Positions 8,277-16,663 of a stretch of DNA of 50,845 bases are shown here, piece after piece. Location: the NCBI GenBank assembly GCA_049243925.1, contig JBMLMS010000301.1, forward strand, positions 1 to 50,845. The letters are read 5' to 3'. The translations under genes and the position numbers were made by a program. Source of the stretch: Pirellulales bacterium (GTDB taxonomy: Bacteria > Planctomycetota > Planctomycetia > Pirellulales > UBA1268). The first letter of the stretch is position 1. Every line of letters starts with the position of its first letter. The notes beneath the pieces were generated by a model. It made no database searches. It saw only the letters and a program-made list of their open reading frames with translations, and was not told the origin of the DNA.

Positions 8277-10220
8277 TTATGCGCGTGGTGGGAGGATTTC
8301 GTGCGGGGGCATGGGCATGCCGAGGAGTTCGCCCTGAAAGAGATCGATGCCGTCCTCGGCCAGCCGCTGCATCTGCTCGATCGTCTGCGTCCATTCGGCG
8401 ACGGTGCGGATGCCGCGGGCACGGCAGAGGTTCACCACCATGCGGACGAAATTCCGCTGCAGCGGATCGTCAGCGACGTAACTGGTGACGAGTTCGTCGA
8501 GCTTCACCATGGCGATCGGGAAGTCGGTCAGGTGCCGCAGGGAGCAGACGCCGCTGCCAAAGTCGTCGAGCGCGACTGCGATGCCGGCATCTTCCAGTCG
8601 CTGCAGTCGCGGTCTGACAAGATCCTCCGGCAGCGTCAGGCAGACCGGGGAAATCTCGATGATGATCCGGCTGGGATCGACCTGCGAGTCTTGCACCATG
8701 CCGATCGCCGCCTCCGGGAATGATTCGGTCGCAAAGGTCTCGCGGGTCACATTCACCGAGAGCCGCAGCTGCGGATGCGCCGCCAGCAACTCGAGAGACC
8801 GCAGCAACACCATCCGGTCGAAGCGTTCCAGGAGCCCGGCCAGCTGGCCGGCGGTGAAGAAATCGGGCCGGGTGATCTTGGGTTTTGGAGCGGTGCCAAA
8901 TCGGGCCAGAGCCTCGTGAAACTCCGGCTTGCCGTCTGTGCCGCGGACCACGGGCTGCAGCCAGAGCTCCCAGGAGTCGAGGTCCATGTTTGACTGGAGA
9001 TCGCCGACCCTGAGATGGACCAGCGTGTCTGGTCCGGCGATGACCACGCGATTGCCGCCGGCAATGTGGGCCTCGCGAACGGCCGTCTCCGCGAGCCGCA
9101 CCGCGAGGTCGTGATCTCCGTCGGTCACATCGGCGATGCCGATCGACATGCCGAACCGAAGCTCGTTGAACACCCCCTCGCCCCCGATGCGATTCACCAA
9201 CTGGATCAGTCGCTGGGCCCGCCCTCTGAGCCGTTCTGCGGCCGTGTCGGTGATGAGGCAGAGGAAGGCCCCGCCTGTCAGTCGGCTGGGCTGGGCCGGC
9301 CAAGGAAACACCCGGGTGATCGCCGAGGCCACGCGATCGAAGACCTCGTCCACCTGCTGGAAATTCATCGTGGTGGCAATCGATTCAAAGGCGTCGAGCT
9401 TGGCGAAGAGCACGCAGGCCGGCCCTGCCGACGCACCCCGCTGCCCCATTTGCCGCCACAGCTCCCAGCGGTCGATCAGTCCGGTGAGAGGGTCGCGAGT
9501 GCCGCGACGTCGGCCGACGATTGGTGCGCAGTCGATGAGCGGCTGCAGGATCAGGTCGACCCGGCCCGCCCCGCCGAATCGCAGGCCCGCATGCATCGGG
9601 TGGGATGCACCGGCATCGTCGAGGACACGCACCGGAAAGAAGGACACCGCTCCTTCCGTGGCCAGTTCCAGATAGTGGCTGAAGAGGCCACGATCTTCCG
9701 GCTGCAAGAGCCTCAGGAACGACTCGCCGGCCCGGGGATACGGGCCGGGGAAAAACCAGATGCCACGCAGATCGAACGCCCCGCCGACAACGCCCGCCCG
9801 ATCGAGTTCGATCCGCATCGGCCCAAGGCGGCGCTCCGGTGTCTGGGAAGTGCGGATCGTCCGGCTCAAGAGTTCGGCCACCTGCCAGCAGATTTCCGAA
9901 ATGGGCTGGTCGGTAGAATGCTCTTCGAACACCACGCCAGCCGGCTTGTCTGCTGCCGTGAGGGGTGCCGGCGACCTGGTGTAAAGCAGGATCGGCACCC
10001 CCGGAAAAATCATCGCCGCGGCGGCGATCCGGCCGGAGACGTCCTGAGGGGACACCAGCACCACCAGCAGTGGCGGTCGGCTGGTGGCTGCCCGCTGAGC
10101 CTCGACCACCCCGCGGATTTCCGAGACTTCGACGGGGTGGGCAGCGAGCGCCGCGACCAGGTCGGTCCCGAGCCCAGGGCCGGTGGTCCAGACGACAACA
10201 TGGGGAAGCGCAAGTTCCAT
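8277..10220 (-). CDS. Pseudo-receiver / PAS-like / degenerate GGDEF / EAL protein
   Basis: RDPLTGL.DR opens a GGDEF domain whose signature reads TGGAF (nt 9264-9278). The EAL domain has FHEALAR, LDDFGSG, VKLD, AEW..T and FQGELLG. The N-terminal ~120 aa are receiver-like but read VVLVSPQD where the phospho-Asp is expected. ATG 10220 (MELALPH) is preferred over the ORF-track start at 10598. Confidence 0.8.
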   Translation of the reverse strand: MELALPHVVVWTTGPGLGTDLVAALAAHPVEVSEIRGVVEAQRAATSRPPLLVVLVSPQDVSGRIAAAAMIFPGVPILLYTRSPAPLTAADKPAGVVFEEHSTDQPISEICWQVAELLSRTIRTSQTPERRLGPMRIELDRAGVVGGAFDLRGIWFFPGPYPRAGESFLRLLQPEDRGLFSHYLELATEGAVSFFPVRVLDDAGASHPMHAGLRFGGAGRVDLILQPLIDCAPIVGRRRGTRDPLTGLIDRWELWRQMGQRGASAGPACVLFAKLDAFESIATTMNFQQVDEVFDRVASAITRVFPWPAQPSRLTGGAFLCLITDTAAERLRGRAQRLIQLVNRIGGEGVFNELRFGMSIGIADVTDGDHDLAVRLAETAVREAHIAGGNRVVIAGPDTLVHLRVGDLQSNMDLDSWELWLQPVVRGTDGKPEFHEALARFGTAPKPKITRPDFFTAGQLAGLLERFDRMVLLRSLELLAAHPQLRLSVNVTRETFATESFPEAAIGMVQDSQVDPSRIIIEISPVCLTLPEDLVRPRLQRLEDAGIAVALDDFGSGVCSLRHLTDFPIAMVKLDELVTSYVADDPLQRNFVRMVVNLCRARGIRTVAEWTQTIEQMQRLAEDGIDLFQGELLGMPMPPHEILPPRA

Positions 10221-10352
10221 CTGGAGGTGCCAACTGCACGAAGGCTGAGGGGCAGAGAGAGTGGGGAACTCTACGGAAGCCCAGACGGAGTAGAAATACC
10301 AACCCGTTCCCGGGAGGGGGGCGCAACCCTGGGCGAGGGTGCCAAGTGTCCC

Positions 10353-10382
10353 TTGCGCTGCCGACGGACGGTCTAGCATAAT
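10353..10382 (+). promoter_or_regulatory. Candidate sigma70-like promoter for the PAS-GGDEF gene
   Basis: TTGCGC (10353-58), an 18-nt spacer, then CATAAT (10377-82), in the 295-nt divergent intergenic region. This is motif reading only. Confidence 0.25.
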
Positions 10383-10515
10383 CGTGGGGGCAACCCACGC
10401 GGTCTGGGCAGGACACCTCGCAGAAGGTCTGATCGTGTTGCAACAACGGTGCTGTGACGGCGTTGTGGCAGCCCCCCGCTCTGTCCCTGTCACGCTGGCG
10501 CTCCTAGGGTTTGCC

Positions 10516-11961
10516 ATGCTCACGACGCACCTCTTTCCAGCGGCAGTTATCGTGCTGGGTGCGGCTGACTGGTGGCCGCTGGCGGTGATCGTGGCCACGG
10601 CCTTCGGTCTGATCGCCTATCTGGCGGTTCGCTATGCCAGCGTCCTCCAGCAACTTGGCCGGGCCACGGCGGCATGGGAAGTCGAACGGGGGCGGCTCAA
10701 CGCCATGCTGGAGAGTCTGTTCGATCCGCATGTGGTCATGCAGCCGGTGCGGGATCAAACCGGCCGCATTGTCGATTTTCTCTTCGAGAACACGAACCCG
10801 GCAGCATGCGGCTGGATCGGCATCGACCGCGAACATCTCACGGGGAGTCGTCTCCTCGGGGTGTATCCCACCGCCGACTCGATGGGGCTCCTGAAAATCC
10901 TGGCTGACATCGCCGATACAGGTCGTGCTGCTGCCATCGATGCGTTTTTGTTTCCGCTCGGCGCGGCTGGGCACCGGCGGATCGATATCCGTGCCGTTCG
11001 CGATGGCGCACGGGTCAGCTTCACATGGCGTGATGTCACCGATCGCGACGCCGTGTCGAAGAAATTGGCCGCCTCCGAGGAGCAGTTCCGACTGCTGGCG
11101 GAAAACTCTTCAGACGTCGTGGTGCGTGTTGACCATGACGGCACGATCATCTGGGTGTCGCCATCGGTCACCCCCGTGCTTGGCTGGTCGCAGGACGACT
11201 GGATCAATCACAGGGCCACCGACTTTTTCAATTCCAGCGCCGATCGTGAACGGTTTCTCCACGAGCAGCAGAAGGCGTTGCTGGGCCAGTCGATCCTGGT
11301 CCGCACCCAGATGCAGTCCAAGGGAGGCGACATTCATTGGGTGGAGATCCATGCCGGTCCCTACCGGACCGAGGAGGGCACCACTGATGGCATCGCGGCA
11401 TCGTTTCGGCTGGTCGATGCGGAGGTCTCCTCCCAACGGATTCTCGAGCGCCGCGCCCGCACGGACGAACTGACCGGGCTGCTCAATCGAAAGGAGGCGA
11501 TCGACCGGATCGAAACCCTCACTCAGCACGACGGCCGCACCGACGCCGTGCTGTGGTGCGACATCGACCGGTTCAAGGTGGTGAACGACACCTACGGCCA
11601 CGCCGCCGGTGATGCCGTGCTCGAGGCGCTGGCCGACAGGATCGGAGCGTGCCTGCGGTCGCCCAACGATCTGGGAGCCCGGCTCGGCGGCGATGAATTG
11701 ATGGTGTTTCTCTGCGGTGTCCGCGATCTTCAGGATGCGGTGAACTTCGCCGAAATGCTCCGCCGTACTGCCGCAGAACCGATTCCGACCGCCGCCGGGC
11801 CGATCAGCGTCACGCTCAGCATCGGCGTGACCCTCGCCCGCCCCGACGAGAGCACCGACGCCCTCATCGCTCGGGCCGACGACGCCATGTATCAGGCCAA
11901 GAACCGCGGGCGGAACCAGGTGGTGGCGTTGGAGGAGGCTGCGGCTGCCGGGGAACGGTAG
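10516..11961 (+). CDS. Membrane-anchored PAS-PAS diguanylate cyclase (GGDEL variant)
   Basis: Two N-terminal hydrophobic helices are followed by two PAS-like blocks. The GGDEF domain shows DELTGLLNR, DIDRFKVVNDTYGHAAGD, RLGGDELMVF and DALIARADDAMYQAK. ATG at 10516; the ORF is open from 10339. Confidence 0.85.
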   Translation: MLTTHLFPAAVIVLGAADWWPLAVIVATAFGLIAYLAVRYASVLQQLGRATAAWEVERGRLNAMLESLFDPHVVMQPVRDQTGRIVDFLFENTNPAACGWIGIDREHLTGSRLLGVYPTADSMGLLKILADIADTGRAAAIDAFLFPLGAAGHRRIDIRAVRDGARVSFTWRDVTDRDAVSKKLAASEEQFRLLAENSSDVVVRVDHDGTIIWVSPSVTPVLGWSQDDWINHRATDFFNSSADRERFLHEQQKALLGQSILVRTQMQSKGGDIHWVEIHAGPYRTEEGTTDGIAASFRLVDAEVSSQRILERRARTDELTGLLNRKEAIDRIETLTQHDGRTDAVLWCDIDRFKVVNDTYGHAAGDAVLEALADRIGACLRSPNDLGARLGGDELMVFLCGVRDLQDAVNFAEMLRRTAAEPIPTAAGPISVTLSIGVTLARPDESTDALIARADDAMYQAKNRGRNQVVALEEAAAAGER

Positions 11962-12083
11962 CAGCCCGGGAGCACACCCACGCACGCCCGAAGCACCAGC
12001 GAGGGAATTCGTGTCGCGGCCCCGAAAGTTCCGGACACTCCCCATCCTGTTCCCGGCCCGGTTTGCCGACGTGCTGAACTCAG

Positions 12084-12106
12084 GATCTGCATGGGGATGC
12101 GGATCC
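12084..12106. terminator. Hairpin between convergent genes
   Basis: GGATCTGCAT-gggg-ATGCGGATCC forms a 10-bp stem with one G.U pair. It lies between the stops at 11961 (+) and 12119 (-). There is no T-tract. Confidence 0.25.
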
Positions 12107-12118
12107 CCCGGAGAATGG

Positions 12119-13504
12119 TCAATGCGGCTTGTCGCGCTTCTCGACGAGGTGGATCGCGGCCGCGGCGGCGGGAGTGCCCGGCAGCGTGCGCACGACGGCG
12201 AGCACGTGCGGCTGGGCGGCGGCGAGGTCGAGCGGGGGCGCGATCCCCTTCCAGCGGGCGTCTTCGACCGCGCATCCGGTGGCGAACGCCTCCGCATGGC
12301 CGTCGAGGTGCGGGGCGATGCCGCGCACGAAGGCCGTGAGGTCGGCGTAGTGTTCCGGCTTGCCGAAGTAGCGCTGGGCATCGGGCAGGAACGTGTCCCA
12401 CGGCATCTCGATCAGGCCCCCGAGGGCGTAGGCGGTGGCGATCGATTTGCGGGTGAGCAGGATCCAGTCGGCCGACTCCTGCTCGGCTGGTGTCGCCACG
12501 GTCTTCAGCGGCATCGTGATCGTCTGCAGGCGGCCGTGGCTGCGGGCCTGCCGCATGCACTCGTGGAGGTGCGTGGGTGTGGCCTCCTTGAAGGCCAGTT
12601 CGCCGATGCAGAAGTCGAAGGGCATTCGCACGGGGCCCCAGTCGCGGGCGCCGTTGTTGCACGACACGGGGATGTGGCGGCCGGCCTGCTTGTCGAGCTC
12701 GGCCCGCCACCGTTGATGGAAGGCCACCGACGCCTCGAGCTGGAACTGCTGGAAATATGTCCGCAGTTGGCCGCCTTCGGGCCAGCGGCGAAAGCCATCG
12801 CCGCTGGGGGCGTTCTTCGCCCTCAGGTGCGCGGCGTAGTCAAACGAGGCGAGGTCCGTGACGCCGGCCGTGGCGAGTTTCTGCGGGTCGGCATGCCGCT
12901 CGAGCCAGGAGCGAAACCCAGCGATGCAGTGGCGGCAGAGGCAGCCGCCCCATTGCGTGGCGATCATGTTTTGCTCGGGCTCGTCGCGCTGGATCACGTC
13001 GGCACCGGCGGCGACGACGGCCAGCGCGGCCCGCACGTGGCCGGCCGCAAATTCCGGGTTGTTCGCACAGCCCCAGGGATTCGGCCGGGGCCAGTGCCGC
13101 ATCCAGTGTGGCACGAGCCGCTGGGCGTCGAGCCCGACGACGTTCCATTCCACGGGCGGTGCCTTGCCCGCATAGGAGCCGGCCGCGAGCGCGCCGCCAT
13201 ATTCGACGCCGAGAGCGTGCACTTTTTTGATGAACTCTGGGTTGTCGCCGTAGGTCCATTCGAGCCGCGTGGCATGAAAGCCACGGATGGCCGCGAGCGT
13301 GTCGTGCGGGTCGCCTTTGTGCGCCGGGTGAGCGGTGAGCGACCGCATGCAGACGGCGCTCAGGCGGGGGAAGCCCGGCCCCGATGGCAGCGTGTCGGCC
13401 ATTTCGTGCACGCGTCGCGTGGCTGGCGCCGGTTCATTGCCCCGGCAGGGAAGAGACGCAGCGACCGAGACCGCGAAACAAATGGCAAGCAGGGGAGAAC
13501 GCAT
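12119..13504 (-). CDS. Secreted GH42-like / TIM-barrel glycosidase-like protein
   Basis: Signal peptide MRSPLLAICFAVSVAASLP (ATG 13504). GCLCRHCIAGFRSWL carries a CxCxxC..F..WL arrangement like the zinc cluster I recall in GH42 beta-galactosidases. The rest is unassigned. Confidence 0.45.
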   Translation of the reverse strand: MRSPLLAICFAVSVAASLPCRGNEPAPATRRVHEMADTLPSGPGFPRLSAVCMRSLTAHPAHKGDPHDTLAAIRGFHATRLEWTYGDNPEFIKKVHALGVEYGGALAAGSYAGKAPPVEWNVVGLDAQRLVPHWMRHWPRPNPWGCANNPEFAAGHVRAALAVVAAGADVIQRDEPEQNMIATQWGGCLCRHCIAGFRSWLERHADPQKLATAGVTDLASFDYAAHLRAKNAPSGDGFRRWPEGGQLRTYFQQFQLEASVAFHQRWRAELDKQAGRHIPVSCNNGARDWGPVRMPFDFCIGELAFKEATPTHLHECMRQARSHGRLQTITMPLKTVATPAEQESADWILLTRKSIATAYALGGLIEMPWDTFLPDAQRYFGKPEHYADLTAFVRGIAPHLDGHAEAFATGCAVEDARWKGIAPPLDLAAAQPHVLAVVRTLPGTPAAAAAIHLVEKRDKPH

Positions 13505-13654
13505 GGTGGGAAACCCAAAGAGAGGTGGGCGGGCAGGGGAGGGTGAAGCATGAGGCGGGCGCACGATCATCGCCGCCCAGCCGCGAACGGGCATTCAGGT
13601 CTGTGGCCGCTGTGTTTCAGGTTTTGCGTGTCGGCTGTGGGCCCGGCGGTGGCC

Positions 13655-14401
13655 ATGGGCGGTACAATTGCGGCCATGTGGAGAGCCGTCGATTGGAAAC
13701 CGCTGATCGGAATGCTCGGGTGCGCGTTAACGCTCGTCGCAGGGGCGGCTGTCGCGGCGGAGCCGGTCGCGCAGCCGGCGAAAGGGGCGAACGACGTGGG
13801 GCGACCGTGGATGTTTTCCGAGGCGTCGCTGCCGGCCGGGTTTCCCGCGCCGGGACCGGTCGGCGAGGTGATTGTGAAGACCTATCCCGCCCACCGCATG
13901 GCCCGCGCGGCCGCCGGCAAGGGGGCCAACGGCATGTTCATGAAACTGTTTCGGCACATCGAGCGCAACGAGATCGCGATGACGGCGCCCGTCGTGATGG
14001 GCTGGCCGGCCGAGAAGGCCGCGGAAGGCGGCGGCGATGCGGCGGGAAAGCAGCCCGCTACGCAGGGGCCGGAGTCGATGGCGTTTCTCTACGGCAAGCC
14101 GACGCTGGGCGCGGCGGGCGCCGATCCCGCCGACCCGATCGTCCTCGTCGAGGATGTGCCCGAGACCGTCGTGGTGTCGGTCGGCCTCCGCGGCTCGTAT
14201 GACGAAGCGACGATGAACCGCGGCCTGGAGCGGCTGCGGGCCTGGCTCGGGGAGCATCGGGAGTGGACCGTGGCGGGCGCTCCGCGGTCGCTCGCCTACA
14301 ACAGCCCGTTCGTGCCCGGGTTCGCCAAGTATTCCGAGGTGCAGCTCCCCGTCATCCGCGCGACGGACGAGCGCGACGGCCTCGATCGGAAACCTGAATG
14401 A
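13655..14401 (+). CDS. SOUL/HBP-family heme-binding-like protein, secreted
   Basis: The translation shows a hydrophobic N terminus. It also carries VKTYPAHRMARA...MFMKLFRHIERNEIAMTAPVVM and LAYNSPFVPGFAKYSEVQLPV, typical of the SOUL family. The start is 13655 or 13676. Confidence 0.7.
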   Translation: MGGTIAAMWRAVDWKPLIGMLGCALTLVAGAAVAAEPVAQPAKGANDVGRPWMFSEASLPAGFPAPGPVGEVIVKTYPAHRMARAAAGKGANGMFMKLFRHIERNEIAMTAPVVMGWPAEKAAEGGGDAAGKQPATQGPESMAFLYGKPTLGAAGADPADPIVLVEDVPETVVVSVGLRGSYDEATMNRGLERLRAWLGEHREWTVAGAPRSLAYNSPFVPGFAKYSEVQLPVIRATDERDGLDRKPE

Positions 14402-14413
14402 CGTGCCCGACCG

Positions 14414-15124
14414 CTACGGCCCGTGAAGCTCCGTGCGGATTTCTGCGAGCGTCAGACGACGGCCTTTGAGCACCTGGATGCGGCGACAGCGGGCGACCGC
14501 ATCGGCCGCAAACAGTTGGTAGCCGGATGGTGTGGTCTGGGCCACGTCGAGGAGCCCGAGCGCTATCCAGTGGCGGATCGTGGGCACCGTTGCACCGACG
14601 GATTTCGCCAGTTGTCCGATTTTCATGAGGCCCCCGGCCGAGCCGGCGAGCCCTGTGCGGCCCGCCTGGCTGCGCGATCCGGCGGCATCCAGGTAGATGT
14701 CGAGCGACCGTTCCACCGCCCTGGTGACGAGTGTCTCGTAGGCGGTCTTCGAGCCACCCAGCTGCGCCGTCTCCAAGCCTCCCAGGTAGGCCACCCGGTC
14801 GCGTGGCCGGATGATGGCGGGAGGGTAGCCGCGCTGCAGGAGCAGCAGGTTCATGAGAAGCCGCGCGGTGCGCCCGTTGCCGTCGATGAACGGATGGATG
14901 CTCACGAGCCGATAGTGGGCCTCCGCCGCGAATGCCACCGGATGCAGGTCGGACCTCGTCCGCAGCCAACCGCAAAACTCGGTCATCAAGTCCGGCACCT
15001 TCCGCGGGTTCGGCAGCACGACCGTCGAGCCGGCGATCCGCACCGCGACGTCTCGATACCGGCCCGCGACGGTCGAGGGCAAACTTCTTGGCGTCGAGGT
15101 GTTGGAGGTTCGCGCCAGAACCAT
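14414..15124 (-). CDS. Fic-domain core fused to a C-terminal MerR-type HTH
   Basis: Fic motif HPFIDGNGRTARLL. The last 70 aa (14414-14626) begin MKIGQLAKSVGATVPTIRHWIALGLL..., the canonical N terminus of MerR regulators. Only ~75 aa precede the Fic motif. Confidence 0.75.
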   Translation of the reverse strand: MVLARTSNTSTPRSLPSTVAGRYRDVAVRIAGSTVVLPNPRKVPDLMTEFCGWLRTRSDLHPVAFAAEAHYRLVSIHPFIDGNGRTARLLMNLLLLQRGYPPAIIRPRDRVAYLGGLETAQLGGSKTAYETLVTRAVERSLDIYLDAAGSRSQAGRTGLAGSAGGLMKIGQLAKSVGATVPTIRHWIALGLLDVAQTTPSGYQLFAADAVARCRRIQVLKGRRLTLAEIRTELHGP

Positions 15125-15265
15125 CACGTGACACTTGAGGGTTTTTGCACGAAATACCCGGTGCGCCGGTACGCAAAACCTGAAGCCGGGGCGGGGCGGG
15201 AACTGAATGACGCCGTCCGGCAGGGCTGGGATACTAGCGTCAGACACGTTTCGGGAGGGCAGATC

Positions 15266-16663
15266 ATGCCGAGTGAAAACACACAGCGGTTCCGGGAGTC
15301 GGAGATCCTCGAACGACGGCGGTTCATCGGGCGGGCGCTCGCCATGGCCGCGATCCCGGGCACGGCCGCCCGCATCGCCGCGGCTGGGGATCCCGCGGGG
15401 AAGCCTGCGTCGCCGGGCCCGGCGGGCGATGGCCCGGGCATCGGCGTGATCGGCTGCCGTTATCAGGGATCGGTGATCGCGGCCAAGGCGAAGGCCCACG
15501 GCCGCGTGATCGCACTGGCCGATGTCGATCGCGAGGTCCGTGAGCTTACGGCCATCGACTCGAAGGTGGCCGCGCAGGTGCGGCTCACGCCCGCCGAAAT
15601 CTATGCCGATGCTGCCGCGGCCGACCGCCACGTCGATTACCGCCGCCTCCTCGATGACAAGCGGATCGACGTCGTGCTCATCGGCACGCCGGACCACTGG
15701 CACTCGAGGATGCTCATCGACGCGGTGAAGGCGGGCAAGGATGTCTACTGCGAGAAGCCGCTCACGCTCACGATCGACGAGGGCAAGGAAATCCGCAAGG
15801 CGGTGCAAGCCTCGGGCCGGATCGTGCAGGTGGGGTCGTGGCAGCGGAGTGACCACCGGTTTCGCACGGCGGTGGAGATGGTGCGGGCCGGACGGATCGG
15901 GAAGCTCGAGACGGTGGACGTCGTGCTCGGCAAGAACCAGGTCGGCGGGCCGTTCGCGAAGCAGCCGGTGCCGCCGGGCCTCGACTGGAACCTCTGGCAG
16001 GGGCAGACGCCCGACGTGGCCTATATCCCGGAGCGGTGCCACTTCAACTTCCGCTGGTGGCAGGCCTATTCGGGCGGCGACCTCACCGACTGGGGCGCGC
16101 ATCATGTGGACATCGCCCGCTGGGCGATCGGCGCCGATCCGGACAGGATCGACGGCCAGGCCGAGTATCCGCAAACGCGCGACGGCTACGACGTGCCGCT
16201 CACCTACTCGGTTCGCTACCGGTTTACCAATGGTGTTGAGATGACGGTCGGCGACAGCGGTCGCAACGGCATCATGTTCACCGGCAGCGAGGGCCGGATC
16301 TTCGTGAACCGCGAGAACCTCTCGGGCAAGCCGGTCGAGGACCTCAAAGACCGGCCGCTGCCGCGCGAGTCGTTCGCGCTCTACGACTTCGACAATCGCG
16401 CGCGGCCGGAGCGGGCCGGCAAGATCGACGCGATCGTGAACCACATGGGCAACTTCTTCGACTGCGTGGCGGCCCGCCGCCCGCCGATCGCCGACGTGGA
16501 AAGCGGCCACCGGAGCGTGTCGGTGTGCCACCTCGGCAACATCTCCTGCAAGCTCGGCCGGCCGCTCGCGTGGGATCCCGCGGCGGAGCGGTTCGTCTCC
16601 GACGCCGAGGCCGACGGCCTGCTCGCGCGGCCGCAACGGCCTGACTTCGAGGTCCGGGCGTGA
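15266..16663 (+). CDS. Tat-exported Gfo/Idh/MocA-family oxidoreductase
   Basis: Twin-arginine leader ERRRFIGRALAMAAIPG, Rossmann start IGVIGCRYQGS, then DVVLIGTPDHWH and KDVYCEKPL. Confidence 0.85.
   Translation: MPSENTQRFRESEILERRRFIGRALAMAAIPGTAARIAAAGDPAGKPASPGPAGDGPGIGVIGCRYQGSVIAAKAKAHGRVIALADVDREVRELTAIDSKVAAQVRLTPAEIYADAAAADRHVDYRRLLDDKRIDVVLIGTPDHWHSRMLIDAVKAGKDVYCEKPLTLTIDEGKEIRKAVQASGRIVQVGSWQRSDHRFRTAVEMVRAGRIGKLETVDVVLGKNQVGGPFAKQPVPPGLDWNLWQGQTPDVAYIPERCHFNFRWWQAYSGGDLTDWGAHHVDIARWAIGADPDRIDGQAEYPQTRDGYDVPLTYSVRYRFTNGVEMTVGDSGRNGIMFTGSEGRIFVNRENLSGKPVEDLKDRPLPRESFALYDFDNRARPERAGKIDAIVNHMGNFFDCVAARRPPIADVESGHRSVSVCHLGNISCKLGRPLAWDPAAERFVSDAEADGLLARPQRPDFEVRA

Noticed and set aside
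8277-10598. Extended N termini offered by the ORF track (here, and at 5506-8394, 24765-27608, 37085-38395, 39345-41564 and 40293-41927)
   Set aside because: The extensions overlap neighbouring genes or promoter regions, are compositionally biased, and precede obvious signal peptides or domain starts. I chose internal starts instead.
10516-11961. GGDEL instead of GGDEF as evidence of an inactive cyclase
   Set aside because: The catalytic GGDE residues and the upstream substrate and metal-binding motifs look intact. A Phe-to-Leu change alone does not justify calling the enzyme inactive.
12011-13546. 511-aa plus-strand ORF
   Set aside because: It is a mirror ORF of the 12119-13504 minus-strand gene. 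It has low-complexity R/G/A composition and no motifs.
14414-16636. 740-aa minus-strand ORF read as one gene
   Set aside because: Only the last 236 codons (Fic + MerR) carry motifs. The upstream part is antisense to the Gfo/Idh/MocA gene, whose plus-strand translation has clear Tat and Rossmann motifs.
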